NCBI GenBank assembly: GCA_900234795.1
Contig: LT962688.1
Span: 3,210,001-3,242,000, forward strand
Reading direction: 5' to 3'
Source: Methylorubrum extorquens
GTDB taxonomy: Bacteria > Pseudomonadota > Alphaproteobacteria > Rhizobiales > Beijerinckiaceae
Length of the DNA stretch: 32,000 nt
The translations under genes were made by a program, and so were the position numbers. The notes beneath the pieces were generated by a model that was given only the letters and a program-made list of their open reading frames with translations, was not told where the DNA came from and made no database searches. This document shows positions 19,501-24,633 of the stretch, piece by piece (positions within the stretch are counted from its first letter, which is position 1; the number at the start of each line of letters is the position of its first letter).

Positions 19501-19836
19501 ATCGAAGACCTGAATGCGCTGCACCGCCTTCGTGGCGCTGTTGATGGTCTCATTCTGCTCGATCAGCTTGACGAGAAGCTGATGCTCGACGGTCGCAGCG
19601 TCGGACGGTGCGCCGATCTGATAGGTGATGTCGGAGTTGAGAAGAACGCGCGGCTCCAACGGATCGAAGATCAATCGATCGCGGTTGAAAAGTTTTCCGG
19701 CCTTGGTCTTCAGGTGCAGGACGAGCTGACGCTTCGACGGGCGCGTGGCGCGCGGCGTCTCCACGGCCATGCGCGCACGGTCACGGCGGCGGAACAGGGG
19801 ACCCCAGAAGCCTTCCGACTTGAACGGAAAAGCCAT
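7435..19836 (-). CDS. Giant repetitive extracellular protein (4133 aa) with an LEPRxLL-type N-terminus; likely a non-Sec (type I-like) secreted adhesin or S-layer-like protein
   Basis: Single uninterrupted 12.4-kb ORF. The ATG at 19836 has GGAGAG 6 nt upstream. There is no hydrophobic signal peptide. FDPLEPRVLLNSD lies at 19630-19668. Three GGxGxD nonapeptides lie at 18679-18863. I saw no Cys on a visual scan. Recurrent LAFN(T/S)(I/V)G and GG(L/I)(I/V)xxNxV...A.I... strand-like motifs are present, plus Thr/Pro/Gly linkers. The last ~14 codons look out of frame (see the junction feature). Confidence 0.92.
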   Translation of the reverse strand: MAFPFKSEGFWGPLFRRRDRARMAVETPRATRPSKRQLVLHLKTKAGKLFNRDRLIFDPLEPRVLLNSDITYQIGAPSDAATVEHQLLVKLIEQNETINSATKAVQRIQVFDYTNGTQGTNPLHTFGIIDANSNQAYTLQGSGGKETITVDADSFKLLGATQKPILAFTDPTSPGNNLDNTLALLNTPTGSAQSGAEFKLTGANAGEIASGKFAGSFSNVANLVGAASADDKLTIGANGSLSGTFGGGKKSLQLDISSVVAGSIDATLSGGGSSYTLARTSGSSAATFGSLAFTAPMTSLGVILGSGDDTLHLASLPPAPSFTVSGGAGADRIVFDTDLSATSGNLAVTFDGGAGNDSIAVSANLSALAGDLGIVFKGGEGANTLSVASGKTLSASGQVTIAADATVTPVLTTSGFDRSGSATAQMAVTVNDGAVIRGTGVRVAVRSDIAIADIAPADTSTISVTANGLAGITLAGTVDAGTGDAVLTTDVNNAVTLTSTLTSQLKSVAPKQTNSSTITVGAKGAVNGGTVKIAANTVAKVDVKAIGLVLPGLLTVTDAAAGTFDKVKSAIKGEGSFSDIFTPAELAAKALIKSAETTINNTTQVTVALSAVSTDPRIKQTGAGTLAGSDPALALQISADDKTDSTITLVARDAASVPGFQFDDPALDGAASAAAKAAAAINILNLFGLSGTQTVTRLTSVDLGVPAAGSLPAGAPAAGDIALVSAEGVAGIHAANAGTLAVRIRAATDATDPANPETGLVAGDGETDNSLPAPMKAGAAQINVNDTVRVAVRGVSVTAASLAVAATNDTTIESRAVQARNLLTGSTKAVVETARLTATGGAVSVVAMDATKAQAIVEPIRTDTLEEESDAEEAKREQIGIARSSAVNTVERDITATVTNSVVTGAQGVALTAQNALDLTTNAKAVVAASKFGVAGSYAVNIVLGSTTATVQGGSVSAATGDISVNASDVTNIDSRVQTSVAGESKSGGTAIGGAAAFNIVGYRPDGLTGSDKLADKVVGMAIDAILGSGFFTFAAAQATRARIEAATATATAGGVGVKAISAGTVNATVSNTVTVSTPEQTRLDEAKTQATRTAINKARTFLGKATLSSEPGAVTSAGSRSIGGLIATNRMNRSATAEVISGATITSGGELGVRATDLSTINANVKLVASSQAASDGGLPTKQPQIKSDYKLSESQPVAITLGQRVAVDFSTLLGEQAIKTVSTLDAIKSNLPSTTKQAQGGTTPGKAPTLKAVKTGDIVLVSPGHPAGSGEVGSYYRYIKTPTAPATSTSIDLSKENFTGPSWELIGAKGDVYAYMGADRTAANKLDLKTVKFTDRDLWRRVSETEAAPAKTTGSGGTSAGGIIVRNEIKGGVSAAISSSSATTTVNAGSVVVSAERGATITSKADATVEAIATIREQTGETAEGTAGSGTASTVPGQTSAFDKSSTSNSSALAINAVIATNTIQSVADASITDAEVTTTGKDGAVAVEAKTTGSIEAEVQAQITALSSGPAGTEDAAADPAAGGSTGGTTTPTTGTTTPTTGSGQTTAPTTSARAGGIQLAFNAIGYESSNLGFDTLNALVGTNLGNPATAQASARITNTRVTATGAVSATAESSGTIASTLSNAVTAATKAASVNSLAVSGLVAMNRVSGAAEAVIDARSKTVSGTDVTVSATDTVGIEAETAVAASASAEKTGSVSGLGKNAAALLGDYTYTTASGSRQVKFGEKIRLSDSWAGKGEKGAVYQYMGADFTAAEDLGNTARDFADFALWKKLDATNVVPGATGGSAAPTGKITAAKSSATALGGIFARNDVSGQAKASIVNTTVQATGDVSITAKSEASINATDESEVEAEGGSAANGVLVSNNVQNGALAFIKDSTVTSEDGGVSVSAENTSTIEASAAGSVAGETTAVGFTLAFNTVGFRQQNPLFNAVDAIVGDPLIATATNGENPAGAKAYITGSTVTAKRDVSVTADSQAKITAEAGNKAEQADSEETVHKAETGARGISAGAVLALNKVSARAEAFIGAETVAAQAPAQTAATVASTDGAVTVSAKNQAGIESTSTMIGASSVSGSVAELAKKAVATALNIYDYTSKSGTKALKVGDRVRLAADFTTPAGSSSNTDAKRTEEPALKGRVFIFVAASDASVNLATEDYTNAARWFAVDDGAIVSTKPTAAGTTPGTTAGDTLDKDTTTIKTAEGTTTITRQKARYTSNGGFQYMMAGQGVLLSKTDTLSKGEPGTIYIWRGADNTKVTLHGEDYTSANWLPAAAKTVMPKLDTVANPPAAPAPAAGSTDPTPTARTPGSSSKAFGGLIVFNEVTGGAGARITDATVTSALDLTVHAADAADISATLLSTVTSSGGTSFQSKTGTAGTSGGAGGGTLIAANGIAATNVVRSGADASVLRSTVESTTANLEVSAENESGVDARIRASSTTSGGEGVSGAVTLAFNSVGYETQNLLFNTIDTLIGQSAISKAFGGEIGTGAKATIVQSSAKAGGDLIVTATSAAKINATVSNAATSTADLASGSGGTGFGVVLASNKVSGSAFALIDNTGVTRDITAGGALAVTATDAAGITSNVQIVTSSTVTKSDGGAVTNQSKLNKYLPSDFSTNPNEVQSATIQSNIIKNRADWAPAELLAFEEKVTAQITRVKGLVEELQAGPATLLKQVETKLLELRIGKVTQEYLDKVNQTLVDQLKAIDTTKIPSDDETDLKTRIGKAAGALADAMKTPSLDTAAVDEARLEALKVAAEAARFGYLDEAALRNSTDLAEKSVGQLIRLQVAVDRAVIETAAKIVELKDGLNSFLKPFGLSTDSIGAIDLSAYGELSKTANAQDVTFGTRVRIADGYAKPTYKAGQGEITVKTGETIEDLTKKIYKYIGAATLDGINSLDPDFKNDKLWTLIADKSGAYKAGDIFIYMGGNAKIDLAATDYTDKLLWKRALESNFIPDGVKLPTTGAGTGTGTGTGTTTPAPATSSTETVAPTGDPSANNASKLGTVAAQPSASLAIGGLVVLNSVHADAVARITGVTTTAGGTVTVQASETATIKATADSAASVKSAASYKPTTDVTAPAPTTPADPSTDRTLGTKSQPTSLALGGIIATNAVLGTARAEIVDSTVTGGGMKVDAANTATIDATAKTATSSDQGAVSITLAFNTIGWKEQNILFRAADTITGQPLIAAGSGNDADPSGARAQILRSSITTTDASGTLAVTARSDASINAQLTNKASASQAVLKDASAYAIGFALSGNLVNSEAVARIDSSNTAGTAIDPTKTLNAAGAVTIAATSNGSITSLNNLSAIASLTKPSVLQDFADKILGNYTYTTESGSKTVTFGDIVFAKVGGVEKLYVYFGDTKLVADLKTEAYTEANGWRENNLREFVKFLPPGVLNLGDSKDIAGSATPPADNTNTTSGQTPAKPYAVAVSGILVTNDVRSAATATLTGMTVAKAGNISVQAEQSGTITATVNSKVESKLKPGTKAGDKKSIAAQAVIASNVVMGASTATIDRSPLGDATANATVGNVAVGARNTGAITATIDSTVDSSETAVGITAAFNKIGSPSTNAVFDLAELLAGIDLDSQMAKGGQFAATASISGQPINATGKVSVEALSKATINATIENAVTSIGSAATTVGAVAGLNFVRVGTSATIADVTSLKAAGGVAVNALSASTINAVVKAPVTAVVYNMPDTTSAPGSTNTSGNTGNAGGTGTATTTRSISVAASFARNTILDVVLEAGLDRIGDLTASAGDVSVTAANTATITAKVAATAIAVLLSTEDGKNLGVSGSGAFGVNTILGGVEARIADSRITASGSQAPSVTDGTGGQGNITVSAKSAATITASVEAAAAAVIVGKGTAQAVAIGVSLAFNMIGYNLSLIPVDGTSSLAADKARSLDVKANVTKSRLSAGRRVSVEAESGGRIEARTLATAMAVGVSTGGSGGTSTDGNIALSGGGLFVRNKVVTSASAVIDGTGSSDDAVTAGTGGINVSAKDTAVIRATSVALGLSANLSADASNTASKSTLAIALSLADNAITSEVAARITQVANLATLGDVTVAANRSADIFAQTYAAAVGAQISSKGDGASVSGGGALSINTVKGSTIAEITDSKVGDSANGGAKVGSLSRSRPRTAPRSPR
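15203..15244 (-). repeat. 21-nt tandem duplication (2 copies, 2 mismatches) encoding TTTPTTG x2 in a Thr/Pro/Gly linker of the giant protein
   Basis: Plus strand cccgtcgtcggcgtggtggtg / cccgtcgtcggcgtcgtggta are adjacent. The minus-strand translation is TTTPTTG TTTPTTG. Confidence 0.8.
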
Positions 19837-19980
19837 GCCGCTCTCTCCAACCGGAACCTGCGCGGCCTGACCGGGCGCGCAAAGACATAGAGTCCCGGCA
19901 GGCTCCCTGAGCCGCCGGGATCGTTGTCACCGCTATTTTCGATTTCGGCCGGCGCTCAGCGGCTGCGCGTCGGCTCATGG

Positions 19981-20000
19981 CTCCCGGCCTCGACCGGGAG
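19981..20000 (-). terminator. GC-rich hairpin 11 nt after the SapC-family stop codon; possible partial terminator or attenuator between the SapC gene and the giant gene
   Basis: ctcccgg-cctcga-ccgggag gives a 7-bp perfect stem with a 6-nt loop. No U-tract follows on the minus strand, so its function is uncertain. Confidence 0.3.
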
Positions 20001-20010
20001 CGCTTCGGGA

Positions 20011-20811
20011 TCAGGCGTTGCCCGAAGTCTCGAAGTCGGCCGGAGACGCCGGCGCGGTCTCGTCCGCCTGCGCAGACTCGGCCGGAGCACCGATGCGCTC
20101 GGCGATCGGCGCAAGGTTCCGCAGCGAGGCGAGATGCAGATAGATCAGCTCCATCTCGTCCGCCTGCATCAGCTCGGCGAGCTGCTCGGCCGACAGAGCC
20201 TTCAGGCGATCACGGCTGACCACGCTGAAGCCGGAGAGCGTCGAGCGCTGACCGCTGCGCAGCGTGAACTGCGCCTGCATCGGCTCCAGGAGGCCGAACT
20301 CCTGCAGGCGCTTCACGAACAGTTTCGTGCGCTGGAACTGCACTTGATAGGCCTGAAGGAAGCCCAGGACGTTCTGCAGATACTGCGTCCGCTCGCCGTC
20401 GGCGTCGAACAGGCGCTCGCCGCGGCCCTCGTCGTTGCAGCCCGAGAAATCCTCATCGACGCAGAGCGTGAAGGTGGCATCGGCGTCGTTCGCGTTGTCG
20501 CTGGAAAACACGAACGGGTAGCGGCGCAGGAAGGCCGGGACGTACGAACCGGACCACGAACCCGATTCCGATACGTACAGGTTCTCGTTGTCGCGAATGC
20601 CGAGGAGCGCCACCGGAATGATCTCGTCGGCAGCCCCGCCGAACACGATGGAGTACTCAGCCGCCGAATTCGGAAACTCGGCGACCATGAGCGGCACCGA
20701 ATTGACGCCGCGCGCGAAGTCGAACGACGCACCGGCCTTCACGGACCATGACCCGTGACGCTGCCGGGTGACCGGTACGGCACGCTCGTAGATGAGAAGC
20801 TGCTTACTCAT
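20011..20811 (-). CDS. SapC family protein (266 aa)
   Basis: The motif string ...VPLMVAEFPNSAAEYSIVF...IPVALLGIRDNENLYV...GSWSGSYVPAFLRRYPFVF... matches the SapC (PF07277) consensus as I remember it. Codon usage has high GC3. It lies directly upstream of the giant gene on the same strand. Confidence 0.85.
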   Translation of the reverse strand: MSKQLLIYERAVPVTRQRHGSWSVKAGASFDFARGVNSVPLMVAEFPNSAAEYSIVFGGAADEIIPVALLGIRDNENLYVSESGSWSGSYVPAFLRRYPFVFSSDNANDADATFTLCVDEDFSGCNDEGRGERLFDADGERTQYLQNVLGFLQAYQVQFQRTKLFVKRLQEFGLLEPMQAQFTLRSGQRSTLSGFSVVSRDRLKALSAEQLAELMQADEMELIYLHLASLRNLAPIAERIGAPAESAQADETAPASPADFETSGNA

Positions 20812-21110
20812 TCCGACCCCATTTGGCGGCGCTTGTGCGATTTCCGCATCTTCGCCTCCTGCTGCATATCAGTACCGCCCACCGCTGCGGAGGGATGGTT
20901 CCATTTTTTCGATTGATCCAGCGTCTCAGATGCTGAACTCGCCGCCCCGGCCGCGACGGCCTCACCCGAGAGGATCAATCCTGGCGGCCCATTCTCGAAT
21001 GCGCGGGTCTCGGAAGCCATCGTGATCGGGGTCGGCGCGAAAATAATCATAGGCTGTACCCGGTTCGACACGACGTCGAAGCTGGGCTTGGCGCTCCGAT
21101 AGACTGCCAT
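20808..21110 (-). CDS. Hypothetical 100-aa ORF whose stop overlaps the SapC start (ATGA)
   Basis: ATG at 21110 and TGA at 20808-20810 overlapping the SapC ATG (20809-20811). My hand-counted GC3 is roughly 70 percent, higher than the overlapping alternative frame. I recognise no family. Confidence 0.3.
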   Translation of the reverse strand: MAVYRSAKPSFDVVSNRVQPMIIFAPTPITMASETRAFENGPPGLILSGEAVAAGAASSASETLDQSKKWNHPSAAVGGTDMQQEAKMRKSHKRRQMGSE

Positions 21111-21653
21111 ACCATGACAGCAAAGCTTCGCGATTGATGGGCCTGACCGCTCCGCCAGCGTGGCATTCGTCGATCATTTGAAGCAACGGCATCAGCCGAA
21201 AATAGGAAAACACCGAAAATCGACCTCAATCGACATGGCACTGCAGATTTATTTTACAATCGATCCGGCAAGCGCCATTCGGCAAACGGTTTTATTCGAA
21301 TCCATGCGGTTTTGCGAGGACATTTACTTCGAGCGAAGGAATTTCAGCCGATATGTCAGCGGCTACGAATACCCCGGCGATCGTCCAAGCTATCACTGTT
21401 GAGGAGGTTGCCTCTTGAAACCTCCACGGGCGACTTTAGCTGTACCGACGCTTCGACGGCGCCGGACAGCTCAGAGTTATTTTTAGCAGGGACGCGAATG
21501 GTATTTTGCATCCTATGTTGGAGTAATCTGCAATATCACTCGCATCTCTGCTGATAAATTTCATTCGGAACAGATGTTTCTACTAAGCCCCCCTCCTTTT
21601 CCGCGAATGTCGGCGGCCATTACCGGAATAGGAAAAGGCGCCCGATCGCTTTC

Positions 21654-22676
21654 TTGGAAGTCGATTGTCCCGTGACCTCTCTCCAGCGTCTGGATTATCT
21701 CACGACCGGGCTGCCCCACGCGACCGCAGCCGAAATCTGGAGAGGCATGGTCGGCCCCCTGTTCGAACCGCGGGCCTTCCATCCCGGTCAGCAAAATCCG
21801 ACCGGCTCGGCGAGCGGTGCCATCATCGGCGACATCATGGTGGCACGGGTGGTGTTCGGGGCGCAGAGTTATCGCCGCGACCGGGACCTCATCGCCCGCA
21901 CGCCGGATCACATCCTCTTCCATCTCTACAACGTTGGCGGCTTCAGCGGCCTCATCAGCGGGCAGCAAACCACGATCTGGTCGTCGCAGGTCGCGATCAT
22001 CGACCTCGCCCAGGAGATCGATACGCTCGCGGCCTCGTCGGACACGGTCGCGCTGATCGTCCCGCGGGCCTTGCTGCAGGGCCTGGCCGACAACCCGTTG
22101 CCGCCGCGGCTCGATGCCGGACGCAACCGGCTCCTGGCCGCCCATCTGATCGCGCTGCGTGAACGCAGCACGCTGATCGAAGAACCGGATGTCGAGGAGG
22201 TCGTGACGCAGACGCTCGATTTCCTGCGCGCGCTGCTCGATCCCTCCCGCGCCGAGGAGACCGCCGCGACGCCGGCGCTCGCCACCTGTCACCTCACTCT
22301 CGCCGAGCAGACGATCCGCACCCATCTCGCCTCGCCGGACCTGTCGCCGGAGATGATCGCCAACGAGATCGGCGTGTCGCGCGCGACCCTCTACCGGATG
22401 TTCGCCCCCTATGGCGGCATCATGCGCTCGGTCCAGGAACGACGGCTCCTGGCCGTCCGGGCCGCCCTCAGCGACCCGCTGGAGACCCGCCGCCTCTCCC
22501 GGCTCGCGACCGATTTCGGGTTTCGCGGCAAGGTCCATTTCAGCCGCAGCTTCCGCGCCCAGTTCGGCATCACCGCGAGCGAGTTCCGGGCCGAGCAGGT
22601 GGCCCTTGCCCAGCGGGATGCGCGGAGCGATCTTGGCGTCCTGCACGACTGGTGGCCCCGGCTCGGGAACCGATAG
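21654..22676 (+). CDS. AraC family transcriptional regulator (340 aa from TTG 21654; an alternative GTG start is at 21672)
   Basis: The C-terminal double-HTH text ...LSPEMIANEIGVSRATLYRMF...RRLLAVRAAL...LSRLATDFGFRGKVHFSRSFRAQFGITASEFR is typical AraC/XylS. The N-terminal ~200 aa is a non-conserved sensor domain. Confidence 0.88.
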   Translation: MEVDCPVTSLQRLDYLTTGLPHATAAEIWRGMVGPLFEPRAFHPGQQNPTGSASGAIIGDIMVARVVFGAQSYRRDRDLIARTPDHILFHLYNVGGFSGLISGQQTTIWSSQVAIIDLAQEIDTLAASSDTVALIVPRALLQGLADNPLPPRLDAGRNRLLAAHLIALRERSTLIEEPDVEEVVTQTLDFLRALLDPSRAEETAATPALATCHLTLAEQTIRTHLASPDLSPEMIANEIGVSRATLYRMFAPYGGIMRSVQERRLLAVRAALSDPLETRRLSRLATDFGFRGKVHFSRSFRAQFGITASEFRAEQVALAQRDARSDLGVLHDWWPRLGNR

Positions 22677-22807
22677 GGCCTCGTCCCCAAGGGTGGCTGG
22701 CGGGATGCGATGATCGGGCCGCGAAGGGTCCGTGTTTCGACACGTCCTTTGCCGGCGAACCGTCCTCTCTCTTCAGAAAAGCATGCCGGAGACGCGGCAC
22801 CGCCGGT

Positions 22808-23740
22808 TCAAGCCGGAGCCCGGCTCCAGGCCTGCCGCCGGGGCGCGGGCAAGGGGTGGACGAGATCGGCTTCGAGCCCGAATTTCGTGACATAGGCCGT
22901 GTTCAGGCCGAGGCATTCACGGGAGCTGCAGCTCTCCCGATGGGCGCATTGATAGAAGCCGTTGCGCTCGAATTCCCGCCAGAAATCCGGGTCGATGTGC
23001 AGTTCGGGCTGGCCGTTGACGAGGGCATTGCCGAGATCGCCGAGCAGGCATTCGGGGAAGTTCTTCACCTCGACGGCGCGTCCGAGCGCACGGGCGCGCA
23101 GGACCGCCTCGCGCAGATAGGGCAGGACGTCGGCGTGGCGGGCAACGAGGCCCTTCTCGTCGCGCTCGGACATCGGGAAGTAGACCCAGAACTCCATCTG
23201 GGTCAGGCGCTGGAGGTGGGCCAGCCGCGTGACGAGATCGGGCAGCAGGCGGTAGCTCCGCTCGGTCACCACGGTGTTGGTGAGGGTCTCGACGCCCTCC
23301 ATCGCGTCGAGGGTCTCCAAGCCGCGCAGCGCGCGCTCGAACGAGCCCGGCACCAGGGTCAGCGCGTCGTGGCTCGCCGCATCGCTGCCGGCGATGGAGA
23401 CGAAGAACTCGTCGACGCCGGCCTCGACCAGCCGGCGGCAGTAGCTCGGCTGGCCGAGATGCATGCCGTGGGTCTGAATGCGGACATGCGCGAAGCCGCT
23501 GGCTCTCGCCCGCCGGGCGAGTTCGGGCAGGTCGCGCCGCAGGGTGATCTCGGACCCGGTCAGGATCAGGCCGGTCCAGCGCCGCTCGCGGGCGTTCTGG
23601 CTGAGAATTTCCTCGAAATGCGCGTCCGATTCCGGCGCGAGCCGGTCCATCGTGCCCTCGATCATGCAGTGGACGCATTTGAGGTTGCAGCGAAACTCCA
23701 TCGTCAGGGAGACGTAGGCGGCGTGGTCGTAGCGTCCCAT
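22808..23740 (-). CDS. Radical SAM enzyme (310 aa) with a C-terminal Cys cluster
   Basis: The start is set at ATG 23740 (MGRYDHAAYVSLTMEFRCNLKCVHC...). The CxxxCxxC motif lies at ~23669-23692, and GSEITL plus a TIM-barrel-like core follow. The C-terminal QCAHRESCSSREC lies at 22913-22951. The tracked 587-aa ORF extends upstream only as Arg/Pro-rich junk overlapping the neighbouring gene. Confidence 0.85.
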   Translation of the reverse strand: MGRYDHAAYVSLTMEFRCNLKCVHCMIEGTMDRLAPESDAHFEEILSQNARERRWTGLILTGSEITLRRDLPELARRARASGFAHVRIQTHGMHLGQPSYCRRLVEAGVDEFFVSIAGSDAASHDALTLVPGSFERALRGLETLDAMEGVETLTNTVVTERSYRLLPDLVTRLAHLQRLTQMEFWVYFPMSERDEKGLVARHADVLPYLREAVLRARALGRAVEVKNFPECLLGDLGNALVNGQPELHIDPDFWREFERNGFYQCAHRESCSSRECLGLNTAYVTKFGLEADLVHPLPAPRRQAWSRAPA

Positions 23741-23757
23741 GGCGTCGTCCCAGCCCT

Positions 23758-24633
23758 TCAGAGCAGACCGTAATACGCGCTCTTCGTCACCGTCAGCCTG
23801 CCGTCGATCATCGCGTAGTCGATCCCGACATCGAACAGCAGATGTGACAGGCGCCGCCGCTCCGACCGCACGAAGTCGCGGATCGCGGGCGGATAGGCGA
23901 GCCGGTCGAGGAAGGCGATGAGCCCGTCGATGCCGACCCGCGAGAAATAGACGCCGTCGCACAGGCGCTTGTTGGCCACGACCACGACGCCGCAGCGCAT
24001 CAGTTCGGGCCACAGGATCGCGTCGAGATCGAGGCCGGGCAGATCGAAATGGGCCGAGCAGGCGGCCTTGGCCGCAATCGCGTCGCGCTCGCGGGCGGCG
24101 TCGAAGAAGCTGTAGAGGTTGTCGAAGACGAGGCCGTCGGCGGTGAGTCCGTAGCTGAGCCCGGACGAGACGCTGCTGCCGGGATTGCCGACATAGATGT
24201 TGAGGCGGTCGAGGCTCCGCGCGCCCCGGGCCAGGGCGTCGTCGAGATCGAGCGAGAACATGAAGTAGGGTCGCGCGCCCGCATAGCGCAGATCGCAGGG
24301 CACGAACGGCGCCAGGATCGCCAGGACGCGCTCGATAGAGACCGTGCGGTCGAGCCGGGCGTAGTCGTAGAAGTAGAACTCCCAGGTCGTGACGCCGTCC
24401 CGGAGCTTGGCGCCCCAGACGCTGCGGCCGGGGCCGAGGCCGTCGCGCAGCGCGTCGCAGATCGTGAACAGCTTCGGATCCGCACCCGCGCAGGCCAACG
24501 AGTGCCAGAGCAGGCTCGCTTGCCGCAGGCGTCCCGCCGTCGGCCCGACCGGCTCGTAATCCCACAGGCAATAATCGGCGTAGCGGTCACCCGGCGCGGA
24601 CAGTTCCAGGCGGGCGGGGTCGAGGCCGGTCAT
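23758..24633 (-). CDS. Hypothetical protein (291 aa), family not recognised; appears related to the C-terminal extension of the upstream flavoprotein
   Basis: The ATG at 24633 overlaps the upstream stop (ATGA, 24630-24633). The text is protein-like with repeated strand-like segments (TWEFYFYDY, YFMFSLDLD, LNIYVGNP, LLFDVGIDYAMIDGRLTVTKSAYYG). GC3 is high. The upstream part of the tracked 401-aa ORF is junk. Confidence 0.75.
   Translation of the reverse strand: MTGLDPARLELSAPGDRYADYCLWDYEPVGPTAGRLRQASLLWHSLACAGADPKLFTICDALRDGLGPGRSVWGAKLRDGVTTWEFYFYDYARLDRTVSIERVLAILAPFVPCDLRYAGARPYFMFSLDLDDALARGARSLDRLNIYVGNPGSSVSSGLSYGLTADGLVFDNLYSFFDAARERDAIAAKAACSAHFDLPGLDLDAILWPELMRCGVVVVANKRLCDGVYFSRVGIDGLIAFLDRLAYPPAIRDFVRSERRRLSHLLFDVGIDYAMIDGRLTVTKSAYYGLL

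Noticed and set aside
20962-21554. Small ORFs in the long intergenic region (83 aa 20962..21213 minus; 64 aa 21047..21241 minus; 80 aa 21160..21402 and 21312..21554 plus; a 42-codon ORF from ATG 21564 minus)
   Set aside because: I see no family resemblance and no convincing SD at proper spacing. GC3 is low, and where they overlap the 100-codon ORF the other frame has the better codon bias.
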